Below, one piece after another: positions 47,975 through 59,845 of a stretch of DNA of 64,000 nt (position 1 is the stretch's first letter; every line of letters starts with the position of its first letter). The position numbers and the translations under genes are program-made. The DNA is taken from the NCBI RefSeq assembly GCF_963921235.1, contig NC_086109.1:6884001-6948000 (forward strand), in the 5' to 3' direction. The DNA is from Mobula hypostoma (taxonomy: Eukaryota). Below the pieces are notes generated by a model. That model ran no database searches. It was not told where the DNA came from and worked only from the letters and a program-made list of their open reading frames with translations.

Positions 47975-48845
47975 TAGATCTTCAGAGCTGTTGATACTCA
48001 AAAACTTGCTCACCCTTTTCACTGCTGACCCCTCGATGAGGACTGGTGAGTGTGTTCCCTCGACTTCCCCTTCCTGAAGTTCACAATCAATTCCTTGGTC
48101 TTACTGACGTTGAGTGCAAGGTTGTCGTTGCGACTCCACTCAACCAGCTGATCTATCTCACTCCTGTGTAACTTCTTGTCATCGTCTGAGATTCTGCCAA
48201 CAGTTGTGTCATCAGCAAATATTTACAGCAATGTTTAAAAGTCTTAGGCACATAGCTAAGGTTCCTAAGACTTCTGTGCAGTACTGTAGTAATTTTATGT
48301 ATTGAACTGTAGCTGCTGCTACAATAGTAAAAGCAAATTTCATGACATATGTGGGTGATGATAAACCTGATTCTGATATGGGTTTCTATTGTGGACTGAG
48401 AGTGGGAAGGAGTCAGGGAGAGGGGCATCATGGTTGGGGAGAGGGGAGGGAGTGGGAATCACCAGGGAGACAATCTGTTATGATTAATAAACTAATTGTT
48501 TGGAAATCAAATGACCTTGCCTGGTGTCTCAGGGCTGGGTGTGTCTGCACCTGTGTCACTGGCCCACCCAGCACTCCTTCTCTGCCATCTGTCCCACACA
48601 CCTCCCGCGTTGCTCCTCTATCGCCATTCCCAGCTTCCTTTGATCCAGACAGATTCACAAGCTCGCTCTCCACTCCATGATGACAAATACAGTACTGTGC
48701 AAAAGTCTTAGTCGCCCTACCCTTGCTCAGTACTGTACACTTGGAGTAAGTTACAAGGATATTTATGGGGCTTGAGGACCTGAGCTATAGGGAAAGGTTG
48801 AATAGCTTAGGACTTACTAATATACGCCAATTGCTTGTATACTTC

Positions 48846-49380
48846 TGTAACGGGCAGTAAGGTTTCACTGTAATGGCCTCTCTGCAATGTTCCACTGCTA
48901 AGGTAATGGTTTCTCTGTAGCAGCAATGTTTGGGTTATGACTAGAGATAATGGGGGCTTTGGAATGTGTGCTATCCAATGAGAGGCATGTTGTTCTTTAT
49001 TGTGGAGTCCAGGAGCAGGGATTTCGTGGTCATTTGTCAGCGAGAGATGAAGTGAGCGAGGGTCTGACGGTCAGCGACGCTTGGAGGAGGTCAACGGGAA
49101 CGAATGGATGAGTCCGTGAGTGCCAACGTGCATATTAGGCCGTTTCATTAAAATGGGCCCTTTTTCCTTTTATTTACTTTACTAACCCTATAGTCAGATT
49201 AAGATTTATAAAGTTCAATCGTTTAATTGCATACAGTGTACTGTCTGATATTTTGCAGTTCGGATTTGTAACCGGGCTACACATCACGCAACATCCACAC
49301 AAATGAGATTTCTCAGTTTGGCTGGGCCAGAGGCTGTCTTCCCCTGGACATACATTTGCTGGCCAAACCCAACAGTTACA
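48846..49380. mobile_element. Solo LTR with 4-bp TSD
   Basis: TGTAAC...GTTACA terminal inverted repeats; CTTC on both sides. Confidence 0.85.
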
Positions 49381-52300
49381 CTTCTATCAAATTGCCCCTC
49401 ATTCTGGAGTGTAAGAGATGGAGCGGAGATTTGATAGAGGCATACAAAATTATGAGGAGTGTAGATAGGGTAAATGCAATCAGGCTTTTTTTCCACCGAG
49501 GTTGGGTGAGACTAAAACTAGATGAAAACTGGATGAAGGATGAGATATATAATGGGAACCTGAGGGGGAATTTCTTCATTCAGAGGGTGGTGAGAATGTG
49601 GAATGAGCTGCCAGCAAAAGTAATGGATGCGGGCTCGATTTCAACATTTAAGAGAAATTTGGATAGGGACTGCAGATGCAAAGGTTTTGGAGAGATATGG
49701 TTTGGATCTAGGTAGGTGGGATTGGGCAGAAGATCAGATTGCATAGACCCGATGGGCTGAATGGCCTGTTTTCTGCCATGGTGTTCTATGACTCTAAGCC
49801 TTTATACTGTTTCCATGTGTTATAGGTTGACATTGGTTTCTGTTAGTTTATAATAAGATCATAAGACATAGGAGCAGATTTAGGCCATTTGCTCTGTCAT
49901 TCCATCGTGGTTGATTCATTATCCTCCTCAAACACATTCTCCTGCTTCTCCCCACCACCTTTGATGTTCTTACTAATCAAGAGCCTATAGACCTCAGCTT
50001 TAATATGCCCAATGACTTGGCTTCCACAGTTGTATGTGGCAATGATTACCACAGAGCCACCACCCTCATCATCTCTGTTCCTCCTTACCTCTGTTTTAAA
50101 CGGATGTCGCCCTCTGGTCCTAGACTCCATCACGATGGGAAACATCCTCTCCGTGTCCACTCTAACTATGCCCTTCAATATTTGATAGGTTTCAACGGAT
50201 TCCCCCTTCATTCTTCTAAACTCCTGCAAATACAGGCCCTGAGTCATCAAACACTCTTCACATGTTAACCCTTTCATTCCCAGAATCATTTTCATGACCG
50301 CCTCCCCCCCCCCCCAGTCCTTCTCCAATGCCAGCACATACTTTCTTAGATAAGGGGCCCAAAACTGCTTGCATATGCCAAGTGCGGTCTGCCAATGCCT
50401 TATAAAGCCTCAGCTGTAATAATCTGCAAACCTTTCAACAATGTTTGCACAACAGACTTTGGCCACTGTTTTGAAGGGTGTGACCAGCTGATTTATTTTG
50501 AAAAGACTCAACTCCCTGGGAAATCTGTGGACACAGGGATGGTTTATGTTTGTTAACAACACAATAGTGGTTTCTCAAGTTCAACCTGCAATCAAAGATT
50601 GTTAATGTCTACCTCTGTAAAAATTAGCCTCACTCAACAGCTGTGTCTCCTGTATAATGACAGCATGTACTTTCACCCCATCTCTGATGTAAGAAGATAT
50701 CTCCAGCGTTTTATGGGAACAGTTTTCAAACCGCGTTTGATGCTGAGCCAGAGAAGGAGACATCTGCTCAAGTGCTTGGTCGAAGCAACAGATTTGAGGA
50801 ATACTCACTCCATTCGGTCCATCAATTCAATCCTATCACCTAAGAGCACAGTCCCATTAATCCCACTCCCCATCTCCTTCCTCCCTCTTTTTGATACTTT
50901 TTATCACCAGAACATGGCCTCTTTTCATTACTATCATTAGGGAGGAGATACAGAAGCCTCAAGACTTACACTCGATGTTTTAGGAAAAGGTTCTTCCCCT
51001 CTGCTGTCAGGTTTCCGAACGGTCCACAGACTCGTGAACACTGCCTCGTTATTCCGTTTTTTGCACTATTTATTTTGGAATTTACTGTACTGGGTAGCGG
51101 TTTGGAGGTATGTCTCTACCAAAGGAGGTGTAAGGTGCTCCTTCCCTCCACTAGCCTGCAGGTCACCCTTGGGCAAGGTGTAGCATCTGCTTAGCCCCCA
51201 GATCAGGGTCATGTGAAGCCGTGGGAGCAGGTGGTGGATGGTCGTATGAGCAGCTGGTGCACATCACAAGTCCTGGTTATGTGACCACTGACGCCAGGCA
51301 GACAATCTCTGAAGAGTATTGATAATGGCTGGGGTCACCCCTCTTGTAAAGACACTGCCCAGAAGAAGGCCACGGCAAACCACTTCTGCAGAAAAATTTG
51401 CCACTAACAATCTTAGTCAGGGAAAGATCATGATCACTTACGTCATACGACACGGTAAATAATGATGATGAATTTATAGTAATTTTGTACCTTGCGATCT
51501 ACTGTTGCTGCAAAACAATACATCATATAAGTCAGTGGTAATACACCGGATTCTCATTCTGACTGACCCACATCAACAGATAATTTTCAATGTATCAGCA
51601 CATCACTGGGATGTGTGAGGAAACTGGAGCATCTGGAGAAACTCTGATCAGTCATAGGAAGAACAGGCTAACTCCACATGAAGAGTATTAGAGATTAGGA
51701 TTGATTGTCTGTCTCTGTTTATATATAATCTTTATTTTCCTATAAATCCCTGCAACAAAATGAATCTCAACGTATCATACAGTATATGTACTTCAATAAT
51801 AAACTAACTTTGAACTTTAAATTTGGCTCCTTACAAGGAAAGTTAATCTGCATCAGATTAAAAATATTCTGTTTAGATGTTGAAGGGGGGCTGCTTCATT
51901 GAGCATCTCTGCACCATCTACCACAAGCCAGACTTCCCAGTGACCAAACATTTAAATTCCAATTCCTATTCCCATTCCGACGTGTCGGTCAATGACCTCC
52001 TCATGCACCAAGAGGGGGCCACCCTCAGGGTGGAGGAGCACAATTTATATTCCACCCGGGTAACCTCCAACCTGATGGCATGAATATCGATTTCTTGAAC
52101 TTGCAGTAAAAAATCTGCCCCCCCCCCATTCCTCTATTACCCTCTCAGATCTTCTACCTCTTCTCACCTGCCTATTACTTCCCCTGGGTCCCACCCTCCA
52201 GCTGTTTCTCCTATGGTCAGCTCTCTTCATTCCAGCCCTCTACCTTTCCGACCCACCTGGCTTGACCTATCATCTTCTAGCTAGCCTCCTTTCCCTACCC

Positions 52301-52762
52301 CCAACTTTTTACTATAGTGTCTTCCTCCTTCCTTTCCAGTCCTGAAGAAGGGTCTTGTCCTGAAACATCGACTGATTATTCATTTCCATAAGTGCTGCCT
52401 GATCTGCTGAGTTCCTCCAGTGTTCTGTTGGTCTGGATTTCCAGCATCTGCAGAATCTCTAGCATTCATGGTAAAATTCATGACTTCAAAAATATGCATT
52501 ATACCACTTCTTAGTAAACATAAAATAATATTCTTTATTTGCACATGGAATAGACTAACTTAATAACTCAAGATTCAAGCAACACACACAAAATGCTGGA
52601 GGAACTCAGCAGGCCAGGCAGCATTTTGGGTGTGTTGCTCTGATTTCCAGCATCTGCAGATTTTCTCTTGTTTGAACTCAAGGCCCAGGATTGTTTATTG
52701 CCATTCTTCGGGACACGAGTGTAAAGGAGAGCGAAATGATCCAAAAGCACAATAAGTACAAG

Positions 52763-53423
52763 TGTAATGCCCTGGTTCATATTTTTACTGTTATGCTGTA
52801 TGTATTTCATTTTGGCAGATCTGTAAGAGCAGTCTGCTCTGCTTTCATGCTTGTTTGGGTTATTGTTGAAGATAAGAGATGAGGAGAATTGTGTGCCATC
52901 CAACTAGGATGGCTGGATTTAGGGGGGGTTTCTCTGGTGAGGGACACTAATGTTGGGCTTGGTGGCTTTTGTTCGAGAGGGGATGAAGAGAGAAGACGCT
53001 GGGGAGAACTGGTCGCAGCGTACAATCTGGTGGGAGACCTGTTTGTTCGAGATGGATTGTGAGCGACGTTTGCAAGGTGGTGTGTGTTTTCACGAGGGCC
53101 CAGCGCGTGAGTGACAGAGAAGTTCAAGATGAGCTCTAACTTGTGCACAGTTGACTGTTTAATTAGAATGGGCCCCTTTCTTTTTTGTTATTCTTTACTA
53201 ACCCTTTAGTTAAGATTCATAAATAATTGTATAATTTTAATTGTATACAGTGTACTTACTGTATGTTATTTCATGGCATTAATTTGTAGCAGGGTAGCAA
53301 ATGACACAGCGTCCACACAAACTGGGGTTTGGGGTGGAATTGCGTGCACCTCAATCTCACTATTGACGGGGCTGGAGGTTGTCTTCCCTGGACTTACGCA
53401 GCCAAGGAAACCAGGTTGCTTCA
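52763..53423. mobile_element. Solo LTR related to 48846-49380
   Basis: TG...CA termini and CAAG/TAAG flanks. The 3' half shares atgggccc...ctttactaaccct...ttaagatt...tacagtgtac and gtcttccc blocks with the 48846 LTR. Confidence 0.7.
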
Positions 53424-53660
53424 TAAGGAACACAATAAATATAAATTTTAAAATACTCTTATGAAACACAGTGTACAAACAACTGAGTATGGTTGTATGA
53501 TTACACAGAGTGAATGTATATACATACACTGACACATGGTTCAGAAGCAATTGTGCATAAGGTGACTCTGACAGGAAATGGTAAAATCACAGTGACACTT
53601 GGCAAGAGGAACTCTTCGAGTTAGTAATAGGACAACTGATATCACAACAGGACAGTGACT

Positions 53661-54459
53661 GTGTCAGTGTGGGTATGAGGTGTGGAGTGTCAGTGTAAAG
53701 TGACAGTGAATGGGGGGGATGAAGGGGGTGGTGAGGGACTGTGGAGAGGAGTGTGTCAGTGTCGGTGTGAGGTGTGGAGTGTCAGTGTGAAGTGACAGTG
53801 AATGGGGGATGAAGGGGGTGGTGAGGGACTGTGGAGAGGAGTGTGTCAGTGTGGGTATGAGGTGTGGAGTGTCAGTGTGAAGTGACAGTGAATGGGGATG
53901 AAGGGGGTGGTGAGGGACTGTGGAGAGGAGTGTGTCAGTGTGGGTATGAGGTGTGGAGTGTCAGTGTGAAGTGACAGTGAATGGGGGGGATGAAGGGGGT
54001 GGTGAGGGACTGTGGAGAGGAGTGTGTCAGTGTGGGTGTGAGGTGTGGAGTGTCAGTGTAAAGTGACAGTGAATGGGGGATGAAGGGGGTGGTGAGGGAC
54101 TGTGGAGAGGAGTGTGTCAGTGTGGGTATGAGGTGTGGGGTGCCAGTGTAAAGTGACAGTGAATGGGGGATGAAGGGGGTGCTGAGGGACTGTGGAGAGG
54201 AGTGTGTCAGTGTGGGTATGAGGTGTGGAGTGTCAGTGTGAAGTGACAGTGAATGGGGGGGATGAAGGGGGTGGTGAGGGACTGTGGAGAGGAGTGTGTC
54301 AGTGTGGGTATGAGGTGTGGGGTGCCAGTGTAAAGTGACAGTGAATGGGGGATGAAGGGGGTGCTGAGGGACTGTGGAGAGGAGTGTGTCAGTGTGGGTA
54401 TGAGGTGTGGAGTGTCAGGGAAAGGGGGATGAAGGGGTGGTGAGAGACTGTGGAGAGGA
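53661..54459. repeat. G-rich minisatellite, ~90-bp unit, 8 full copies plus one internally deleted copy
   Basis: Unit starts at 53661, 53753, 53843, 53932, 54024, 54114, 54204, 54296 and 54386; length varies only in a G-run. Confidence 0.95.
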
Positions 54460-57449
54460 ATGGCAGGTAGTGAGGTGGAAGTGTTGATCAGCCTTGGATT
54501 CTTTTAGAATTACACTTAAACTTGTGGCAAAGTGTCTTTTTAATTAAACAATGTTTATTTATTTTCTCTAATGACTACTGCAGCATAAATTTAACCTTTG
54601 GCAGATCTATCATTCCTGATTTGGATCAGGGTAACTGACGTTGGGTTTTGAAGTAATAATAGAGTTCAGCTGTCTTTACATGGGCTAGCAGAGATAGCTA
54701 GTTCCACCGGAGACTGTCAGCACTCAGATCAAAAGTCCGCTATTTACGCAGAGAGCACCTCCCATCTTTACAACCAGTTAGTGCTGGGTACATGTAGTGC
54801 AAGTTCTCAGAAGCAGTGACACGTTTCCCTCTGACGACACGGATTGGAGAAACCAGAAACAGGGTGTAGTCATGTTCGTCACAGCTCGCAGCAGACAGGA
54901 AACATTCCTTTATTGGAGAGCGCTTAAACAGAACTGAGGCTCCCGGCCTAAAGCAAACAATAATATAAAATATCTCCTACAATGAGGAGAATTAACATTG
55001 TAGGCCCCAAGGTAAACTTTTACAGTTCGTAAATGGCAAATGGTTGGAAAATGTGCCCTAAAAGCATAAATTCTCTGAGTCAAAATCAAATGCCTTACTT
55101 ATATCTTTCAATAATCTTTTGTGAGTTTTGTAAGCAGCTGCCAATTTCGCTAAAATTTGTGGTTCTTATCTCTCTTTGAACGCCTTCAATAATCGTTTCA
55201 AATTTCAAAGTACGTTTATTATCAAAGTATGCAGACATTATACAACCTTGAGATTCGTCTCCAAATGGGCAGCCACGAAACAAAGAATCCTGGAAAAAAA
55301 AGCCCCATTACGTGCAGAAAAATAATCATGCAAACAATAAACGCACGCAAACAGCATTCTGAACTGAAGTCCACAGTGAGTCCATCTCCAGACCCTTAGT
55401 TCAGCGCCGAGTGAACATCACAGAGTTTTGTAGGCTGCTGCCAACTCCAATGGCATTTGTGATTTCTTCCCTCATAGACTATAGAACAAAGAATGGGAAC
55501 ACAGAACACAGAACAGGAACATAGAACTTAGAACCTAGAACAGTGCAGGCTGTTCGGCCCATTTATCTTACAGTTTCTTATGACATCGAAAGAGACCATT
55601 CAGCCCACTGAATATATGTTGGCTTTCAGATCATCTCCAGCAGTTCCATTCCCAAACACTTGCAGTCAGCAGGCAGAACTGTGGCAACTGTACAAGATGT
55701 CGCTGAGACCATACTTGGAGTGTTGTGTGCAGTTCTGGGTCACCTAGGAAGGGTGTCTTTAGGCTGGAAGGGGGCAAGAAAAGACACAAACTCAGTTTAT
55801 TGCCATACACACAAGCTCATGTAGGCATAGATGCAATCCACAAGCCTGTTACTGGAACTGGAGACGCTGAGTTGTGAGGAGAAACTGAATAGTCTGGGAT
55901 GTTTTTCCCTGAAGTGAAGAATGCTGAGGGTTGATCTTCTCGGCACAGTAGACTAGCGGTCAGCATAACGATTTACAGTGCCAGTAATTGAGTTTCAATT
56001 AATGCTGCTGTCTGCAAGGGCTGTTGGATCTCTGTTTAATTTCTGATCCTTGGGGTTCTTCCAGGAGTCGGAATGACGAGCAATCTAATTCCAAGATTTC
56101 AGTTTATTTTAGAGTACAAACGAACATATGAGTACTAAGTAAACTAAATAAAGAGCTGAGAAACGATGCTAAGGGATGTATGCATGCAAAGACAAAGGAA
56201 TAAAGAAGGAGCCAAGAAGCCCAAGATAACATCTCTGAAAAAGAGACTTCTCGAACTTTTTTCCATAGATGCTGCCTGGCCTGCTGAGTTCTTCCAGCAT
56301 TTTGTGTGTGTTCCTTTGAAAAATCTATCACTTTTATAGATAAGACATTCCTTAGGTAGAGATAAATTAGTTAATAGGCTCCACAATTAAATCAATTTCA
56401 TCACGTGGGTAATGTGCTAATACTCAGTCAATGAAAAATGAGAAAGGTAATACACCGTTAGTTTAGCTGCTATACCGCTTTCTGCCGGTGAGTGTGAAAA
56501 ATATGTGAGTTTGTTAAAAAGTACAAATCTTATAAAAAGTAGTATTAAAAGGAACAGTGGTTTCCAACAGGAATTTCTACGTTCTCCCCATGACCGCATG
56601 GGTTTCTTCCCACATATCAAAGAAGCACAGGCTAAGGTCAGTGAGTTGTAAGCATGGTATGCTTGCGCAAGAACCGTGACGACACTTGCAGGCTGCCCCA
56701 AGCACATCCTTGTAGAGAGCTGGTCGTTGATTTCACTGCAAGTTTCGATGCTTCGATATACACATGACAAATAAAGCTAATCTTTAGAGGGGTACAAAAT
56801 CATAACGGATGTAGATAGGTGAGTGGTCACAGGGGTAGGAGAAGCTAAATGAGATGGACTATATTTAAGGTGAGGGAGGTAAGGTTTAAAGGGGATCTGA
56901 GGTATATCTTCTTCAGGTGGTGGATATGTGGAGAAAGCTGCCAGAGGAAGTGAAAGTTGGGTACTTGCTGAATTTCCTTAGTGTTCTGAGGAAGTAGAGA
57001 CATTGCTGTACTTGAAATGATCAACAACCACAGGAGCACTGTTATTTTGCCTGGCCAGCTGAACGAGTGGCCCCAGGTGTGATATGTAGGGAAGGGCTAG
57101 CAAGCTTATTTATTTATTTAGAGATACAGGGCAATAACAGGTCCTTCCGGCCCAGTGTGCTTCTGCTGTCCAATTACACCCATGTGATCAATTAACCTAA
57201 TAATCCATACGTTTTTGGAATATAGAAACTGGAGAGCCCGGAGGAAACCTACATGGTCGTGGGGGGAATGTTAAAACTCCTTACAGGCTTGGGTGGGATA
57301 TGAATGTGGATCGCTGGCGCTGTAAAGGTGTAACACGAACCGCTATGCTACCATGCCGCCTGTCCCATTGGGCAGAAAATACAGAGCCACACGCACAAAA
57401 TGCTGGAGGAACTCAGCAGGTCAGGCAGCATCCGTGGAGATGAACACGC

Positions 57450-57485
57450 AGTCGACGTTTCGGGCCGAGACCCTTCTTCAGGACT
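57450..57485 (-). ncRNA. Minimal type I hammerhead ribozyme motif (best-preserved copy)
   Basis: Minus strand AGTC-CTGAAGA-A-GGGT-CTCG-GCCC-GAAA-CGTC-GACT. Confidence 0.8.
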
Positions 57486-59244
57486 GGAAAGGAAGGGGGG
57501 GAAGATGCCAGAGTGAAAAGGTGGGAGGATAGCTGGAAGGTGAGGGGGTGAAGCCAGGTGGGTGGGAAAGGTTAGGGGCTGGAAAGGAAGGAATCTGATC
57601 GGAGGGGAGAGTGGACCATAGGAGAAAGGGAAGGAGGAGGGGACCCATGGGGGGGCGGGTGACAGGCAGGTAAGAAGAGGTGAGAGGCCAGAGTGGGGAA
57701 TAGAAGAGGGGAGGGGGGGAAAGAAGAAAACACAAAAGTTTGAAAGCACATACCGCGAGGCTTAAGGGCAGCTTCCGCCCCTCTGTTATGAGATTATTGA
57801 ATGGTCCCTTAGTGCGGTAAGATGGACTACTGACTTTACTATCTATCTCTTATGATCTTGCACCTTATTGTCTACCTGCCTGCACTTTCCCTGTAGCAAT
57901 TTGCTCTGCATTCTTTTCCATGATCCCACCTGAATGTACCGTGTAATGAAATGCTCTGTGTGGGTGGCACGCAAGGCAAGCTGCTCACTGGATCTCAGTG
58001 CATGTGAAAAGAATAAACCAATTCTAACAGTTTACCAACTTAGCTGAAAAATTTTAGCTGACATCAGGAACCACGAAGCAGCCAGGAAAGCAATGGGAGT
58101 AAAATTCCTTGGATCCTGCTCCCAAAATATGCAAACACTTGATGTTCTTCGTTAAATGGCAGGGAGCTGATTCATTTCGTTATTTTCCATGTGTCACTCA
58201 CCTCACAGTCAACTGTCCTGCAGGTCTGTGGCTTTGGAGTCCGAGCAGTAACAATCAAAATGTTCATCCTGCCAAAAAGAAGACCGCAGGAATTTGAAAT
58301 GGAAGATCTTGAAAAATATGGTGAGCCCATTCACATCTGGAAGAGATTTGTGAGTCAGTCATAAAAACAAGAAATTCTACAGATACTGGAATCCAGAGCC
58401 ACATACACAAAATGCTGGAGGAACTCAGCAGTTCAGACAGCACCTACGGAGGTGAACAAACAGTCGACGATTCAGGCCGAGACCCTTCATCAGGATGGGG
58501 AAGGAAGGGGGGGGGCAGAAGCCAGATTAAGAAGGTGGAGAGGGAGAGCAGTACGAGCTGGCAGGTGATAGGTGAGACTGGGTGAAGGGAAGGTGGGTGG
58601 GGGAGGAGGGGTGAAGTGAGAAGTTGGGAAGTGATAGGTGCTGAAGAAGAAGGAATGCAAAAGGTGAGGACAGTGGACCCTGGGAGAAAAGGAAGGAGGT
58701 GGAGAACCAGAGGGAGATGATGGGAAGGTGAGGAGAAGAGAAGGGGCGTAAGGAGGAACCAGAATGAGGACTACTGTCATCAAAACAGTAAGATGCAAGG
58801 TCAATAATCCAACATATCATACCAGTCCTGATGAAGGGTTTCAGTCTGAAATGTTGACTGTTTATTCCCCTCCATGGAGGCTGCCTGACCTGCTGAGTTC
58901 TCCCAGCACTCTCTATGGATGTCCACTATCTGCAGAATCTCTTGTGTGTTGTACAAGAGGGCTGTTCAATAAAACTGTCCTTGAGCCTGGTGTTATGAGA
59001 AACTAGCCCACACTGGGGCCTGAAGCATTCACAGCCGTATCTCAGCTAATCAGTGTCAGCGCGATGGAGGCTGGAATATCAGTCTTTTCTGGCGTCGGAT
59101 TTAAATTACAGACCTCACCAATCTGAGTGATCTATTTTAACTCAAATGCTTATCCGTCCCAATAACATTCAACAGATACACTAAAATATGGCAGAGTTTG
59201 CCTCTAACGATTATGAAACCTGACTTTATCATCAGAAATACTGC

Positions 59245-59845
59245 TGACCGAGTGGCTTCAAGTTCCTGAGAGTCAACATCTCTGAAGATCTATCCCGGGC
59301 CCAACATATTGATGCAGCTATAAAGAAGGCACAACAGCGGCTATATGTCATCAGGAGTGTGAGGAGATTTAGTAGTATGGCAACAGAGATTCCAGCAAAT
59401 TTCTGCAGAAGTATGGCGAAGAGCATTCTGACTTGTTGCATCACATTGGAGGCTCCACTGCGCAGGACTGGAAAAGGCCGGGTGTTCTCAGCTAGCCCCA
59501 ACGTGGGCACCAGCCTCCCCACCACCGAGGACATTGTCAAAAGGCATCACCAAGGACTCCCTCTACCCAGGCGTGCCTGCTTCTCATTACACTCATCCAC
59601 CATGAGAAACAGGAGCCTGGAGACGTACACTGAAGAATTCTCCAACAGTTTCTTCCCGTCTGCAGTCAGATTTCTGAACGGCCCATGAACCCAAACTATT
59701 TTGCTCTTTTTGCACCACTTAATTATTTTCCTTATCTTTCTTTTTGTAACTTACAGTTTTTTTTTAATGTATTGCATTGTACTGCGGCTGCCAAGCTGCA
59801 GGTTTCATGGTATACATCAGCAATAATAAACCTGATTCTGAAATG
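59245..59845 (+). mobile_element. Rex1/Babar-like LINE 3' remnant
   Basis: ttcaagttcctgagagtcaacatctc..., KSILTCCIT, NSFFPSAVRFLNG. Confidence 0.7.

Noticed and set aside
53661..54459. Regularly spaced repeats as a CRISPR array
   Set aside because: The units are contiguous near-identical tandem copies with no unique spacers, there are no cas genes, and the context is vertebrate.
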